From NCBI RefSeq assembly GCF_006345805.1, contig NC_043008.1, positions 6,572,001-6,636,000 on the forward strand: a stretch of DNA of 64,000 nucleotides, given 5' to 3'. The translations under genes and the position numbers were made by a program. How positions within the stretch are numbered: the first letter of the stretch is position 1; every line of letters begins with the position of its first letter. The notes below the pieces were generated by a model. It saw only the letters and a program-made list of their open reading frames with translations, was not told the origin of the DNA and did not search any database. This DNA is from Octopus sinensis. Lineage: Eukaryota. Shown here piece after piece: positions 1 through 13,340 of this stretch.

Positions 1-175
1 CTTCGGCTTGACATCAGTGTGACATTGCAATTCATTTTTACAGTCGAGTGAACTGGTGCAACATGAAATAAAGTGTCTTGCTCAAGAACATAATATGCAG
101 CCTGGTCCGGGAATCGAACTCACAACCTCATGATTGTAAGCTCAATTCTCTGACTACTGAGCCATGCGCCTTCAC
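1..175 (-). mobile_element. tRNA-derived SINE, family B (CORE-like body), 5' part
   Basis: Reverse complement starts GTGAAGGCGCATGGCTCAGTAG with B-box-like GAGTTCGATTCC, then TTCTTGAGCAAGACACTTTATTTC, shared with copies at 19981, 28168, 49321 and 58219. Confidence 0.85.
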
Positions 176-213
176 TACAAAGTGGGTATATATATATGTG
201 TGTGTGTGTGTGT

Positions 214-350
214 CTCCTACCCTGATGTAATCTCCAGGGATACTAGCATCCAGCAACAGGACCTCCGCAATGCCATGATGGACCATGAAGTTTGGCGTAG
301 CACGGTAAATTCCATTGTCTCAACCACAGTCGAACAATGATGATGATGAT
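214..350 (+). mobile_element. RTE-type LINE 3' end fragment
   Basis: Translates SYPDVISRDTSIQQQDLRNAMMDHEVWRSTVNSIVSTTVEQ* (RTE C-terminal AMxDRxxWR-like motif), followed by a (TGA)n tail. Confidence 0.7.
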
Positions 351-1320
351 GGGTGTTTGTATTCTCATGTGTGTGTGTTTGTATAGTCCTTGTTGAAAAT
401 GATTATTAACATGTATAAATTTAATATAAGTTGATGCATTTATTTAATCTGCTTAGTTGAGAACAACACTGCTGAACACTAGCAGTTTCTTCCTGAGAAA
501 GATTTATGCAGTACATCAGATTATTTCAAATATAAACAAACAACATTAACTGATGATGTGTCTTATCGTAATTAATACATATCTTGTATTTATAAGTCAT
601 TATCATAATTATCAGCAAGACAAAAGTAATATCTTACAATGGCAGTTACATGAATCCGAAATGGAAATATCTATGAAGAAATTTCACAGAAAACACTGCA
701 CGAACATACACACAAGGTTGATAACCGAATAAGAAGAATAAGCTGGAAAGGGGACATTGATATTCTGGAAAATTCTTATGTTTCCATTGTTTGTAGGTTG
801 ACTCGCACTTCATAAATTAGCACCCAATAGAAGGCAGGTTAAATTTGATAAAAGATAGCCTAGATTAATTGCAGAATCAATACAAGTATATTACTAAGCA
901 AGAGGGAGCTGTTCAATATACTTATAGCTGCAGGCTGATTCCAATGCACAGAGTTCATAAATTTACTGTTCATATACTGTGTATATAGATTATTAATAAT
1001 CTATACTCTTACTCCTTCAAGCTTATCCTATGAATAATATTATATTTTCTTATTATTGAAACTTTTCATATGAAAATGTATTTCTCTATATGAAATGGAC
1101 AGGCCAAAAATAAAAATCCAATATATATATATATAATATAATATATATTTATATATTTATATATAATATAATATATATTTATATATATGTATATAATTTT
1201 CCTAAAACCGAAATTTAGATTCATCTGAATCTAAATTTTGCTAAACTGATATATATATATGTATGTATATATATGTGTATGTATGTGTTTGTGTGTGTGT
1301 GTATGTATGTATATATATTA

Positions 1321-1950
1321 TCATCATCATCATCATCATCGTTTAACGTCTGTTTTCCATTTTGGCATGGGTTGGACGGTTAAACTGGGAACTGGCAAGC
1401 CAGGAGGCTGCATCAGGCTCCAATCTGATCTGTCAATGTTTCTACACCTGGATGCCAACCACTCCAAGAGTGTAGTGGGTGCTTCAATATTTCCCTTTTT
1501 AATTATTATTACCTCATCATCATCATCATCATCATCATATCTGTTTTCTATGCTACCATGGGTTGGATGGTTTGAATGAGGCCTGGACAGCCAGCGGGTG
1601 CACCAGGCTCCAATTTCGTCCGACAGAGTTTCTACAGCTGGATGCCCTTCCTAACGCCAACCACTCCGAGTGTGTAGTGGGGACTTTTTACGTGCTAGTA
1701 GCACAGGGGCCAGGAAAGTAGGCCTGGCAATGATCACGTTTGGATGGTGCTTTTTATGTGCCACTGACACAGGAGCCAGTCAGGGGTTACTGGCATTGGT
1801 CATGATCGCTTGGTGATTTTTATGTACCACCAGCACTGGAGCCAGTAAGGTGGGCCTGGCAATGAACCCGTTCAGATGGTGCTTTCTACATGGCACTAGC
1901 ACAGGAGCCAGTCAGGCAGACTTGGCATCAACCACGTTTGGATGCTGCTT
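1321..1950 (-). mobile_element. Two adjacent copies of SINE family C, (GAT)n tail
   Basis: CATCATCATCGTTTAACGTC tail and CAGCTGGATGCCCTTCCTAACGCCAACCACTCC core; the same family recurs at 32003, 55512, 55724, 57258 and 63296. Confidence 0.85.
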
Positions 1951-2004
1951 TGTTAGTCAAAAGTTTTTGGCCAATGAGAAACAAGTAGTCTATTGCATCT
2001 ATCT

Positions 2005-2233
2005 TTAACCCTTTCACTACCAACCCAGCTGAAACCGGCTCTGGCTCTGTCATACAAACGTCTTGTTTTCATAAGTTTTGAATTAAAATCTTCCACCAAA
2101 TCTTAATCACAATTTATGTTCCTATCACTAGCTTAATGACAACTAAGTTATTTTACTAAATTCTTTGTTATATCTAAAATAATTGGAAGAAACTAAGAGC
2201 ATCTCAAAATAGATGCGGTAATGAAAGCGCTAA
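2005..2233. mobile_element. Non-autonomous DNA transposon (TTAA-flanked MITE)
   Basis: TTAA-CCCTTTCACTACC ... GGTAATGAAAGCG-CTAA inverted termini; a second partial copy lies at 42612-42815. Confidence 0.7.
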
Positions 2234-2880
2234 ACATGAAAAACTGGTGTTCATACAGTAAGTAACCATGGTAAGTTACATTATTTGAACTTACACACAT
2301 GTTCTCTTCTGCCTAAACATTAGACTTGGTCTAGCCTCAACAGTATACTTTCTCAATGTAGATATGTGTATATTTATCCAAACTCACTTAGCTTTCAGTG
2401 TTTTACTTATTAATAAACATTTGACTCCATAACACAACCATCTACTGACTTTTAAAACCATAAACCAGAAAATATATTTACACACTTTTATGTCACATTA
2501 TACATTTAATTTTGCTAAAACCGAAAATAACTACGTTCCCTCACATAAGCACATTTATATAACGTTACTTTGAATGATGTAGCAAATTAATTCTCTACCA
2601 TTCTAACCTGTATCCTCAAACCACACGCTGTGTAATTAGTAAAGTATTATTCTCCCAACATGATCAGAAGAGATCTATATTTTATGGGCATGTAAGGAGG
2701 GAAAAAAGACAAACTTTTTTTTTATAAAAATCATTCTTGGCTTTAAGTTTACAAATAGCTTATAATTCCCTACACACACAAACACTAATGTGAGTGTGGT
2801 TGTGTTTGAGCATGTATATGTGTGTGTGTATGTGTATATATATATATATATATGTATGTAAGTATATATATATATGTATG

Positions 2881-2911
<31 letters not shown>

Positions 2912-2939
2912 GTAAGAGTGTGTTTATATATATATAAGG

Positions 2940-3203
2940 TTGTAACATAGCCTTGAGGATTCAAATGCTGCATCTACTGTCAACCAAATTTGTACAAAAA
3001 TATGTTTTCCTACATTTAGACGGACAGGCTTAGCAAAATCACATTTATAATTTATTTTCTCAAAGGTACATTCACAGCTGCCATCTCCAGTACCACAAAT
3101 TCCTGTAAAGCCTATAGGCAAATTCGCAGCATGGGAGCAATATTAGTATTTCTCTTACTCACACACACACACACACACATATATATAAGTAGACATGTGT
3201 GTT

Positions 3204-3292
<89 letters not shown>

Positions 3293-3791
3293 GTGTGTGT
3301 GTGTGCAAGTATATATGTGTAAATGTGTTTAAACTGTACACATTCTGGCTGACTGAAATGTATAGATTTTTTCTGGAATCAATAGTAGCATTAAAACTAA
3401 ATATTCCAAACACCTCACTAACATTAATTGAACTAGCTGTCAAAAATATATTTATGTGCATCAATTTATTCATTGAAACATGGTTCTTATTAACAACAGT
3501 AGCTGAGTATAAAGTACGACTGTGGATAGTTAATGGGTACTCAGTTGCTGATAAGATGTCAATGAAGTTTTTAACAAACCTACTCTTTACTCTTTTACTC
3601 TTTTACTTGTTTCAGTCATTTGACTGCGGCCATGTTGGAGCACCGCCTTTAGTCGAGCAAATCGACCCCGGGACTTATTCTTTGTAAGCCCAGTACTTAT
3701 TCTATCGGTCTCTTTTGCCGAACCGCTAAGTGACGGGGACGTAAACACACCAGCATCGGTTGTCAAGCAATGCTAGGGGGGACAAACACAG

Positions 3792-3822
<31 letters not shown>

Positions 3823-4720
3823 CGACAGGCTTCTTTCAGTTTCCGTCTACCAAATCCACTCACAAGGCATTGGTCGGCCCGGGGCTACAGCAGAAGACAC
3901 TTGCCCAAGATGCCACGCAGGTTTTAACAAACCTAGCTGATCATTATTTATCTAATCAATATGGAAATGTATAAAACAACAGTTGTTTATGATTATGCCA
4001 AATTTGCACAATGACTATTGACTGGAATCCTGTTTTATTCTGTAATCCGTTACAGCATGAATATCAAATATTGCTAATACGTCAGTAGTATAAACTGTAC
4101 TGGCTTCCAAGATTCGTCATTTATGCAAATTGGTTTATCTGATTGTATAAACCTCATTATAATAGCGATTGTATTAACAGTAACCATTGAGAATAGTTAG
4201 AGGCAGTTAGTCAGTTGTTGATTAAATCTAAATAGAGATTACATCTAATCCAGTAAATCCTCTGCTTACAGTTCCCAGTGAAAGTGTGAGAAGAGATATC
4301 TATGACTGTTTAAAGTATTTAATAAAGCAGAGTTTGTACAAGTAGTGTTAGATAAATTCTATAGGTTTATTTATTGATATGTATCGCATCTAGAATGCAT
4401 CAGTAAATCACCAACCAAACTAGCTATATTTATGCACGTCACTTAGATAATGGCTATACATAGAGTATCACTTTATACAGACCCACTCTGCAATTAGTGT
4501 CAAGTATCTGTTTTCCGATGTAATCTCAATAAAAATTTGAACCAATCCAGCTGAGTTCTGATTTCTTTATACACAGAGATTGTATAAAGTTTGTCATTTA
4601 CAACCGTCCAACGTATCAATGCTGGTTTGACTTGGATACAAAGTGTTAACTGAGATTTATTAGCCTATTCTGTTGTACATTATGACATAAGAAATAAACA
4701 TTGATATTGCATCACTGATA
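2940..4720 (-). pseudogene. Possible decayed Cys-rich extracellular or receptor gene remnant
   Basis: Non-repetitive sequence with a frame open about 87 codons (3320-3582) and a PIGFTGICGTGDGSCECTFEKINYKCDF segment; many stops and frameshifts, interrupted by a SINE and (TG)n. Confidence 0.3.
3583..3921 (-). mobile_element. SINE family A, 5'-truncated young copy with 14-bp TSD
   Basis: (TAAAAGAG)n-type tail and internal (TG)n/(TA)n; TSD TTTTAACAAACCTA at 3569-3582 and 3922-3935. Confidence 0.92.
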
Positions 4721-5201
4721 GATACATATTATATAAACAGTAATATACATATATCCATACATCCATACATATGTATGTAAGTATCACTCGGGCTCTCTCT
4801 AAATACATACATATGTATAAATCTATGTTTGTGTATATGTGTGCATTTATTATATATATATATATATAAATACATATATATATATTTGGATATGTATGTG
4901 TATATATGTTTATGTATATGTATATATGTGTATATCTGTCTATGTATGTATGTATGTATGTATGTATGTATGTATGGTATGTATGTATGTATGTATCTAT
5001 CTATCTATCCGAGAGTGTGTGTATATATGTGTGTGTATTATATTTATGAATATGTAGATTGTTTGAAGTGGTATGCAGATTTTATATGATATATTAAGAT
5101 AAATGACGGAGGAATTGGATAAAAACTATCATTTCAGCACTTTTATGCTGAAAGCACTATATAGATAATTTTCATCCAAATCCTATCATCTCCTTTATCT
5201 T

Positions 5202-5232
<31 letters not shown>

Positions 5233-5237
5233 CACAC

Positions 5238-5273
<36 letters not shown>

Positions 5274-6244
5274 GCAGAAAGAGGTAATGTGTCAGCAAGA
5301 AAGCAAAACAATGTTTTATTCAAAGTTATATCTTTACAGGTCACTTATCCAGGACTTACTTTCTTGCATTCATCAGGTGATGAAGTAGATCTTTTTTTTG
5401 TGTTTAGTTGACTAAGTGACTGTGATAGCATATCGCCAAAACATAAATTAATTAATCAAGCAACAAATAAGCACAGCAATGATAATTGCAGGCAGGAAAT
5501 GTGTGAGCGTACTTTAGACCAGGGACGTAGGTTATACCAATCAACAGATGAATACGTGAATGATAATTATTGGATATGTAAGTAGGCAATATGAATGTCA
5601 GCAGTTGATGTATTCTGGGGAATTGCACTCTTGGTGATTTCAGATATATGGGACACGTGCTAGAGTTATTATTGATGAGCTTTGGTAAACAGGAAGTGTT
5701 AGTTCTAATGGCTGTTTCAGTGTATCCATTTTTGGTGGAGTCACTTAGTGGAATATGTCTAAAAAAGCATCGATATAAGTATCACTCGTGCTCTCTTTAA
5801 ATACATACATATGTATACATCTATGTCTGTGTATATATGTGTGCATATCTATATAAATATAAGTACATATATATGGATATGTATGTGTATATATGCTTAT
5901 GTATATATGTGTATATCTGAATATATTTTGGAGTGTGTGTGTGTGTGTGTTGCCTGTGTGTGTGTTCTGGTTAGAAGAAAGATCTCTTTGGTGTGAATAC
6001 ACTTGTGATCATACACACACACACACAAATGTATGTGTATAAGTATATGTGTATGTATGTGTGTATGTATATATGTATGCAGATGTATGTACATTATATA
6101 TCTGCCTGTCTGTTTGTTTATGTGTGTGTGTCTGTCTGTCTGTCTCTGCCTAACTGTCTGTCTATCTGTCTATCTTTCTGTCCATCTGTCCATTCATCCA
6201 TCTGTCTGTCTCTCTACAAACACGATAAGCATCTAGATTTTGTT

Positions 6245-6880
6245 TACTAAATCCACTCACACAGCTTCGTTCGGCCCGGTGCTATATCTGAAGACACTTG
6301 CCAGAGGTGTAGTGCTATGGGGCTGGATCGAAGACCAGATGGTTGAAAAACGAGCTTCTTAACCACCCAGCCATGCCTGCCCCTACTGTAGATAAACAAA
6401 TCTGAAAGGTTCAGTCTACCAGTTGACAATTATTTGTATTAATATATCATTCTTATATTCTTTTATACTTCTACTTGTTTCAGTATTTTGACTGTGGCCA
6501 TGCTGGAATACTGCTTTTAGTCAAACAAACTGATCCCAGGATTTATTCTTTGTAAGCCTAGTACCTGTTCTATCAGTCTCCTTTGCCGAACCATTAAGTT
6601 ATGGGGACGTAAACACACCAACATCGGTTATCAAATGATGGTGGTGCAACAAACATAGACACACACACACACACACATGGAAAATGGACATTAAATGATG
6701 ATGATGCTGCTGCTGATATACTAAGGGCTTCTTTCAGTTTTTGTCTACCAAATCCACTCACAAGGCTTTGGTTAGCCCAATGCTATAGTAGATGACACTT
6801 GCCCAAGGTGCTACACGGTGGGTATGAACCTGAAATCTGTGTGGTTGGGAAAGAAGCATCTTAGCACACAGCCATCTATA
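6245..6880 (-). mobile_element. SINE family A, one partial and one near-full copy
   Basis: AAATCCACTCAC...GACACTTGCC core occurs twice; 3' half CAGTATTTTGACTGTGGCCATGCTGG. Confidence 0.85.
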
Positions 6881-7099
6881 CATAAACAGAAAGCAAACAA
6901 TAAACAGATATGAAAGGCTCAAGTCTAGCAAACGATTATTAATTGAACTAAAGAGCTTGTGCTGTGTGACTGGGGATTCATATTTTAACCAATTTGACCT
7001 AAATGCCTTTAATTCAGTCTGTTACTATAAACCCATGCAAAAATAACACGATCAATGTCAAAGATCAAACTAACTGATATATAATATAGAAGAAAATTT

Positions 7100-7113
7100 G
7101 TAAAATTACACAC

Positions 7114-7156
<43 letters not shown>

Positions 7157-7309
7157 TATAAAATATTATAAAATATTATAAAATATTATTTGAGACAAAA
7201 CCACTATTTTGCAAAACAAACAAGGAAAGACTTAATCAATACATAAAATTTAATAAATACATACATACATACATACATATACATACATTATATATATATA
7301 TAAACATAC

Positions 7310-7340
<31 letters not shown>

Positions 7341-7369
7341 CATACATATATATATATATACATACATAC

Positions 7370-7422
<53 letters not shown>

Positions 7423-7453
7423 TATATACATACATACATACATATAAATATAC

Positions 7454-7503
<50 letters not shown>

Positions 7504-7562
7504 CATACATACATGCATACATACATATATACATATATATATATGTGTGTGTGTATGTGTGT
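7100..7562. repeat. Compound microsatellite (TA, CATA, GA) with (AAATATTATA)x4
   Basis: Seen directly. Confidence 0.9.
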
Positions 7563-8380
7563 GAAATCTTGCCCAACAAATTCCATCTGGCCTGTCTAAG
7601 CATGGAAATGTCGATGTTGCTTTGAACTCCTTTATTGTAAGATGAAGCCAAATGAATCTTCTTAAAAATAGCTCTGGCATGGATACAAAATATTGTTACT
7701 TGATACAAGAACGAGGACATCGTTTTGCTATACAAAAATTTCAATACGTTCTCTCCAACAAATAGGAAAAGAGCTATCTCTATTTCGATCTTGTCTTTTT
7801 ATTTATATATTTCCTTTTTACCCAGCTATAAATTCTGTCCAAGTCCACCTTGGTTGAGTCTGACTATTTGTTCTGACGTTACAGTCGTTCACAGAGAAGG
7901 ATTCTGCATCTGTTCTCATGTCATGTTCAACACATTTATTTATCATTTCTAGCTTGAAAGATAAAAAAAAGAGAGCTCAAACGTCTGTTTTGCAGCATGA
8001 GAAAATAAATAAACTAACCCAGGCGTCTATTGTTATTCATATAATATCATTTATAGATAATTTACTAGACACTAGAGATGCTTTGCTTAAAAAATATAAC
8101 ATAATTTTATATCAAAAGAAATATAAAGAAATATTTGATACACTGCATTGTAGTAGATTACCTAGTTTTACAATAAGTTGTGCAACGCAGAGGTTATACA
8201 GGTTTATGTGGCTTTCTCAGACGATTCAGTCCCTCAAATCAAAGTGCATAATACGGAAACTTATGGTATATGTGTGTATGTATGTACGCACATCCGCGTG
8301 TGTGTGTGTGTGTGTGCATCTGTGTATGCATAAATATACATACATATATGCATAAAACTGCATATGTACATACACATACA

Positions 8381-8424
<44 letters not shown>

Positions 8425-9412
8425 AATATATATATGTATGTATATATTCATATACACATGTTTATGGGAGTTTGTCAGACAATTTACACCTTGAAATCAA
8501 AGAGCATATAATGTGTAAACATTTACAGTATACATTTGTGTATGTGTGAATATATATCAATATATACATATATATATATAAACATCATACGGTTACACAC
8601 ACGCACATATACATATGTATATATATATATATATATATATGCATGTATGTATGTATATATATATATATATATATATACATATTATATATATATATAAATA
8701 GATGAGTACACACACACATAAATCTCTCTATATATATATGTGTGTGTGTGTGTATAAATGTATATGTATATATATATAAATATATATATATATGTGTGTG
8801 TGTAATATATGTATGTGGGTGTCTTTTCAAAACATGGTTTGGTTTAAAAAGCCACATCAGATGCCATGATGGTTCTGAGGTGTAGGTGCAGGATGTGGTC
8901 AAACTTTGCATAAGGAGTAGACAACCACCATATACATATATATATACACACATACATACTCATAGATATGCATTAACATATACACACACACACATATGTA
9001 TGTATGTATATTACAGATTTGTTCTGTGGGAAGCTGTAGATTAAAGTAAATCCAAATATGATGTGTATATAGTTGTGGTTATTTCACACAGTTCAGACAT
9101 CTGTTGTTTTCATTGAGCAGCAAATTCTATGTCCAAACATAGACGTTATGCTTTGATGTTAGCATATTTATATTATATTTGTATTTTTACCAGATATCCA
9201 GTACATGTATGTTGTCATTATAATGGCTGTGTGTATATTGGTACCCAATATTTCTCTGCGTATGTTATATGGGCTGTACACAATATTCTGTGTGTGTGTG
9301 ACGGGTTCTGTGTGCATATAGATCTGTCATTCCAACCCTATTTTCTTGGTATGATTTCATTTAAGGAGCTTTCTGTCCATATCCAAGTATAAAAGTGACT
9401 ATATTATATCTA

Positions 9413-9576
9413 TAGGCAAAGGAGTGGCTGTGTGGTAAGTAGCTTGCTTACCAATCACATGGTTCCAGTTTCAGTCCCACTGTGTGGCACCTTGGGCAAG
9501 TGTCTTCTACTATAGCCTCGGGCTGACCAAAGCCTTGTAGTGGATTTGACAGATGGAAACTGAAAGAAGCCCATCG

Positions 9577-9645
<69 letters not shown>

Positions 9646-9838
9646 TTCCCCCCTTACTTGACAACCGATGCTGGTGTGTTCTTGTAACTTAGCAGTTCAG
9701 CAAAAGAGACAAATTGAATAAGCACTAAGCTTACAAAGAGTAAGTCCTGGAGTCAAATTTTTTTTACTAAAGGTGGTGCTCCAGTATGGCTGCAGTTAAA
9801 TGACTGAAACAAGTAAAAGAATAAAAAATAAAAGAATA
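9413..9838 (+). mobile_element. SINE family A, full-length
   Basis: tRNA-like head GGAGTGGCTGTGTGGTAAG...GTTTCAGTCCCAC, CCTTGGGCAAGTGTC core, internal (TA)n(TG)n, AAGTAAAAGAATAAAA tail. Confidence 0.9.
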
Positions 9839-10687
9839 TATACATATATATATACACACACACACTCACACATCTCTGTATACATATATGTATGTGTACA
9901 CAAACTGTGTCAAACAGATGTGGAAAGGGTACTCAGTACAAGCTGTAGAGTACATGACATTTATTTACCACAATTTTACTACTTGCAACAGTTTGGAAGT
10001 AAGGACCATATATTAGACATTTACACCCACATGCATGCACACGTGCAAAAACAATTTAGGGTATACAGATTTTGGAAATGTAGTTGAATGTGAGACAGCA
10101 CTCCATCCTAGCTAACACAGCATATAAGAAAAGAAATCAGAAAGAATATTCTATTGATACAAATAACATTTAAACTGTAAATACTGAGAAAATACCAATT
10201 ATGAGGTTGAGTACATCCATCGCAGAATATAAAAGTAAACACCATAGAGAAGAAGGAAGATAACTGCATTATTTTTTTAAAATCTTTTAATCAATGAAAA
10301 TTATTTCTGTGATTAGTAGAATTATTTATATCAATTAATATGATTGGTTATACAAGTAAAAGTTACGTAAATTCATATCATATTAAAAACTGGGTTAAAC
10401 ATGTAGAAAGTGTGTAAATCCTTATGACAAGAAGTGAAAATTTTACAAATCATTTCTTCAGGCTAGTTGCAATAGTAACACCTAACTCGGTAGTGAGTTA
10501 CTTATCAGGAATTAGTCAAGTAAATATAATAAGGAGGAAAGGGTAGAAAAGACTAGTAAATTATAAACTGCAAATTGTTACACTATCAGAAATTCATTCA
10601 AGTAAGAAGACCGATTGTTTTGTCAGTTTCCTAATATTAAAACTTTTCTAAATATCTTGGGGCAAAATGACTGACAAGGAACCAACT

Positions 10688-10723
<36 letters not shown>

Positions 10724-11159
10724 TATGAATATGAATATGTTTATATATATATGTATATATATATATATTAATGATGGAGAGATAAGAAGCTGGGAACAAA
10801 TGTGTAACGGTTTTAAGAAGTGAGTTTACTAGAATTATATTAGAAAATTCCTTTTAATAAGGCGATAAAAAGCATAAAGAAAACATACCCAGATAAAAAA
10901 GAAGACAAAAGAATGATGATAAGAACAATGTGCTAAAATACAAGTTACAGCATATAGTCTATGAGATTGTGGTAAGAGAGCTTAGATTATATATGATCGA
11001 CCTAAATAAATTGGTTAATAAATTGGGAATTTATTAATGCAAGGAATTTTGAGATATGGAGGACATTATATAAATTACCCAGAGTTATTACTAAATTTAA
11101 CATAAAGAGTAGGGATGCTAGCCAGTACTTTATTTAATTCAATTAAGTTAGTTAATCAA

Positions 11160-11565
11160 AATATTTAAGAATGTTTTATGGATCAATAATTCACAATGTT
11201 TGTTAATCAGATTAAACTTACATTTGAGGATCTATAGAGCCTCCATAGAACATAAGTTGCAGCTACCTCCTCCACTTTGTACAGAAATACAATACATATA
11301 TAATTGACCACGATGTGGAAAAACTAATATCTGTCGTTCTGACTTCTCAAATAAATCTAGCATACAAAGTTTTAAGAGCGTTTTTTTTATTCTTAAGAGA
11401 AAACAGATAACTAGGATTTCTAGATTTAAATTTGGATTCAGTTGCACCTATATAGTAATATACTTTATCTGGTGTTGTAACAGCATTTATATGTTAAATT
11501 AGTTCAATGACATTCGTGATTTAAAGAGAAATTATCGGATCACGACATTTACACGTGCTAGGATA
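11160..11565 (-). mobile_element. Penelope-like element GIY-YIG endonuclease remnant
   Basis: Minus frames read CKCRDP...DKVYYYIGATESKFKSR...ARFI*EV...SWSII...CNLCSMEAL*IL...LINKHCEL, matching the order of PLE endonuclease motifs (CxCR, YIGxTE, FKxR, CxLCxxE, LNxRxEL). Confidence 0.75.
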
Positions 11566-11956
11566 TTAGCTGAAGTGTCTTTCTTTATTGGATCAGTGTC
11601 AGTGTACTGTTAGAAGGTGAAGCACTTGTTGTAGTGATGGCTACACTCAATTGAGCTATACAGTTCGCAGTAAACATAGGTCCATCATTGCTACTCATAT
11701 AACTAAAATACATTCCTTATTAACAACTTGCCTCAACAAATTCTGACCAACTCTTGTGAGCACGGGGAAGTGGACATTAGAATGGTGATTACATACATAC
11801 ATATATCTATCCACCCATCCATCCCTCTCTCTTTCTCTTTCTCTGTATATATATATATACATACACATGGAAACATACATACATACATATATATACATAT
11901 ATATATGAATAAAGAAAGAAATGGAGTTAAATGCAGGTGTTATTCAAATCTTTATA

Positions 11957-12042
11957 CTTCTGACATATGTTTCGATGAAAACGTTGGTATTATTCCAGAG
12001 GGAATAAAATGATGTAAAATAATGCCATCTTCTCACCAGGAT
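11957..12042 (-). ncRNA. Hammerhead ribozyme motif (type I, core mutated to CUGGUGA)
   Basis: Reverse complement: CTGGTGA-GAAGATGGCATT...AACGTTTTCATC-GAAA-CATATG-TC-AGAAG. Confidence 0.65.
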
Positions 12043-12111
12043 TAAAAAAAGGGAAACAAAAAAAATCAATAAGCCATTTTAACCGAATGTGATTACTGAT
12101 TTGTTTCTCTT

Positions 12112-12197
12112 TTTCCTGATGAGAAGATGGCATTGTTTTACATCATTTTATTCCCTTTGGAATAATACCAATGTTTTCTTCGAAACATATGTTGGGA
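12112..12197 (+). ncRNA. Hammerhead ribozyme motif (minimal type I)
   Basis: CTGATGA at 12116-12122, helix II GAAGATGGCATTG/CAATGTTTTCTTC, GAAA at 12182-12185, palindromic CATATG helix III, GUU triplet, weak helix I. Confidence 0.75.
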
Positions 12198-12400
12198 GTA
12201 AAAAAATTTGTATAAAACCTGCATTTAACTCCAATTCTTCATTTATCTTTATACAAAAACATTTCACTAAACCCTGGAATTTCTACCTTTATAAGTAGGC
12301 TGTAACATCCTTGGTACTTATGTGAATTTCTAACTACCCTGGTAACTATTTATTATTTTTTCTGTGTTATTTGTACACAGTGAAAAAATACACATACATT

Positions 12401-12489
<89 letters not shown>

Positions 12490-12954
12490 TATATTTATAT
12501 ATATACCTTTTAAATTTGAGTGCTAAAAGATAAATGCTGAATTGCAAATAATACAGATTAGGCTTTTCTAACAAAATCATCTTTATTTCATCTAAGAATT
12601 ATTACTTGAAATTTTTAAGCAATAAATCTGAATGTTTTACTAAGAAGAATGTGAATGCTTATTCTTTTTTTTTTTTTTTTTTTGACAAAGTAAATTAGGA
12701 AATGATACAGATTGCTATTTCAGATTTAAATTATGGAAAGATATCAGCTAATAAATATTTAGTCATTCGAAATAGATTTATTTAATCTGGTAAGGAAAGT
12801 AAGATTTAAAAAGTGCTGCATCTGCTTTCAACCCTCCATAGCCAGGAAATTATCTAAATTACATGATTTTAAGTAGTAGTATGCTGTTCTGTTGGATAAG
12901 AGGAAAATCCTTCATCTTGATAAAACACATAAAATGAAATTCTGTCCTATATCA

Positions 12955-13340
12955 TTTTATTCTTTTACGTGTTTCAGTCATTTGACTGTAGCTATGCTGG
13001 AGCACCGCCTTTAGTTGAGCAAATCGACCCCAAGACTTATTCTTTGTAAGCCTAGTACTTATTCTGCCAGTCTCTTTTGCTGAACTGCTAAGTTACGGAG
13101 ATGTAAACACACCAGCATTGGTTGTCAAGCGATGTTAGGGGAGGGGGACACATACACTTATATATATATATACGATGGGCTTCTTTCAGTTTCCGTCTAC
13201 CAAATCCACTCACAAGGCTTTGGTCAGCCCGAGGCTTTAGTAGAAGACACTTGCCCAAGGTGCCACACAGTGGGACTGAACCCGAAACCATGTGATTCAT
13301 AAGCAAGCTACTTACCATACAGCCATTCCTACGCCTATAT
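12955..13340 (-). mobile_element. SINE family A, full-length
   Basis: Colinear with the other family A copies. Confidence 0.9.

Noticed and set aside
7620-8260. Coding-like unique sequence (also 16040-16990 and 9010-9400)
   Set aside because: Frequent stops in the frames I read and no motif I could assign; probably old TE debris, needs BLASTX
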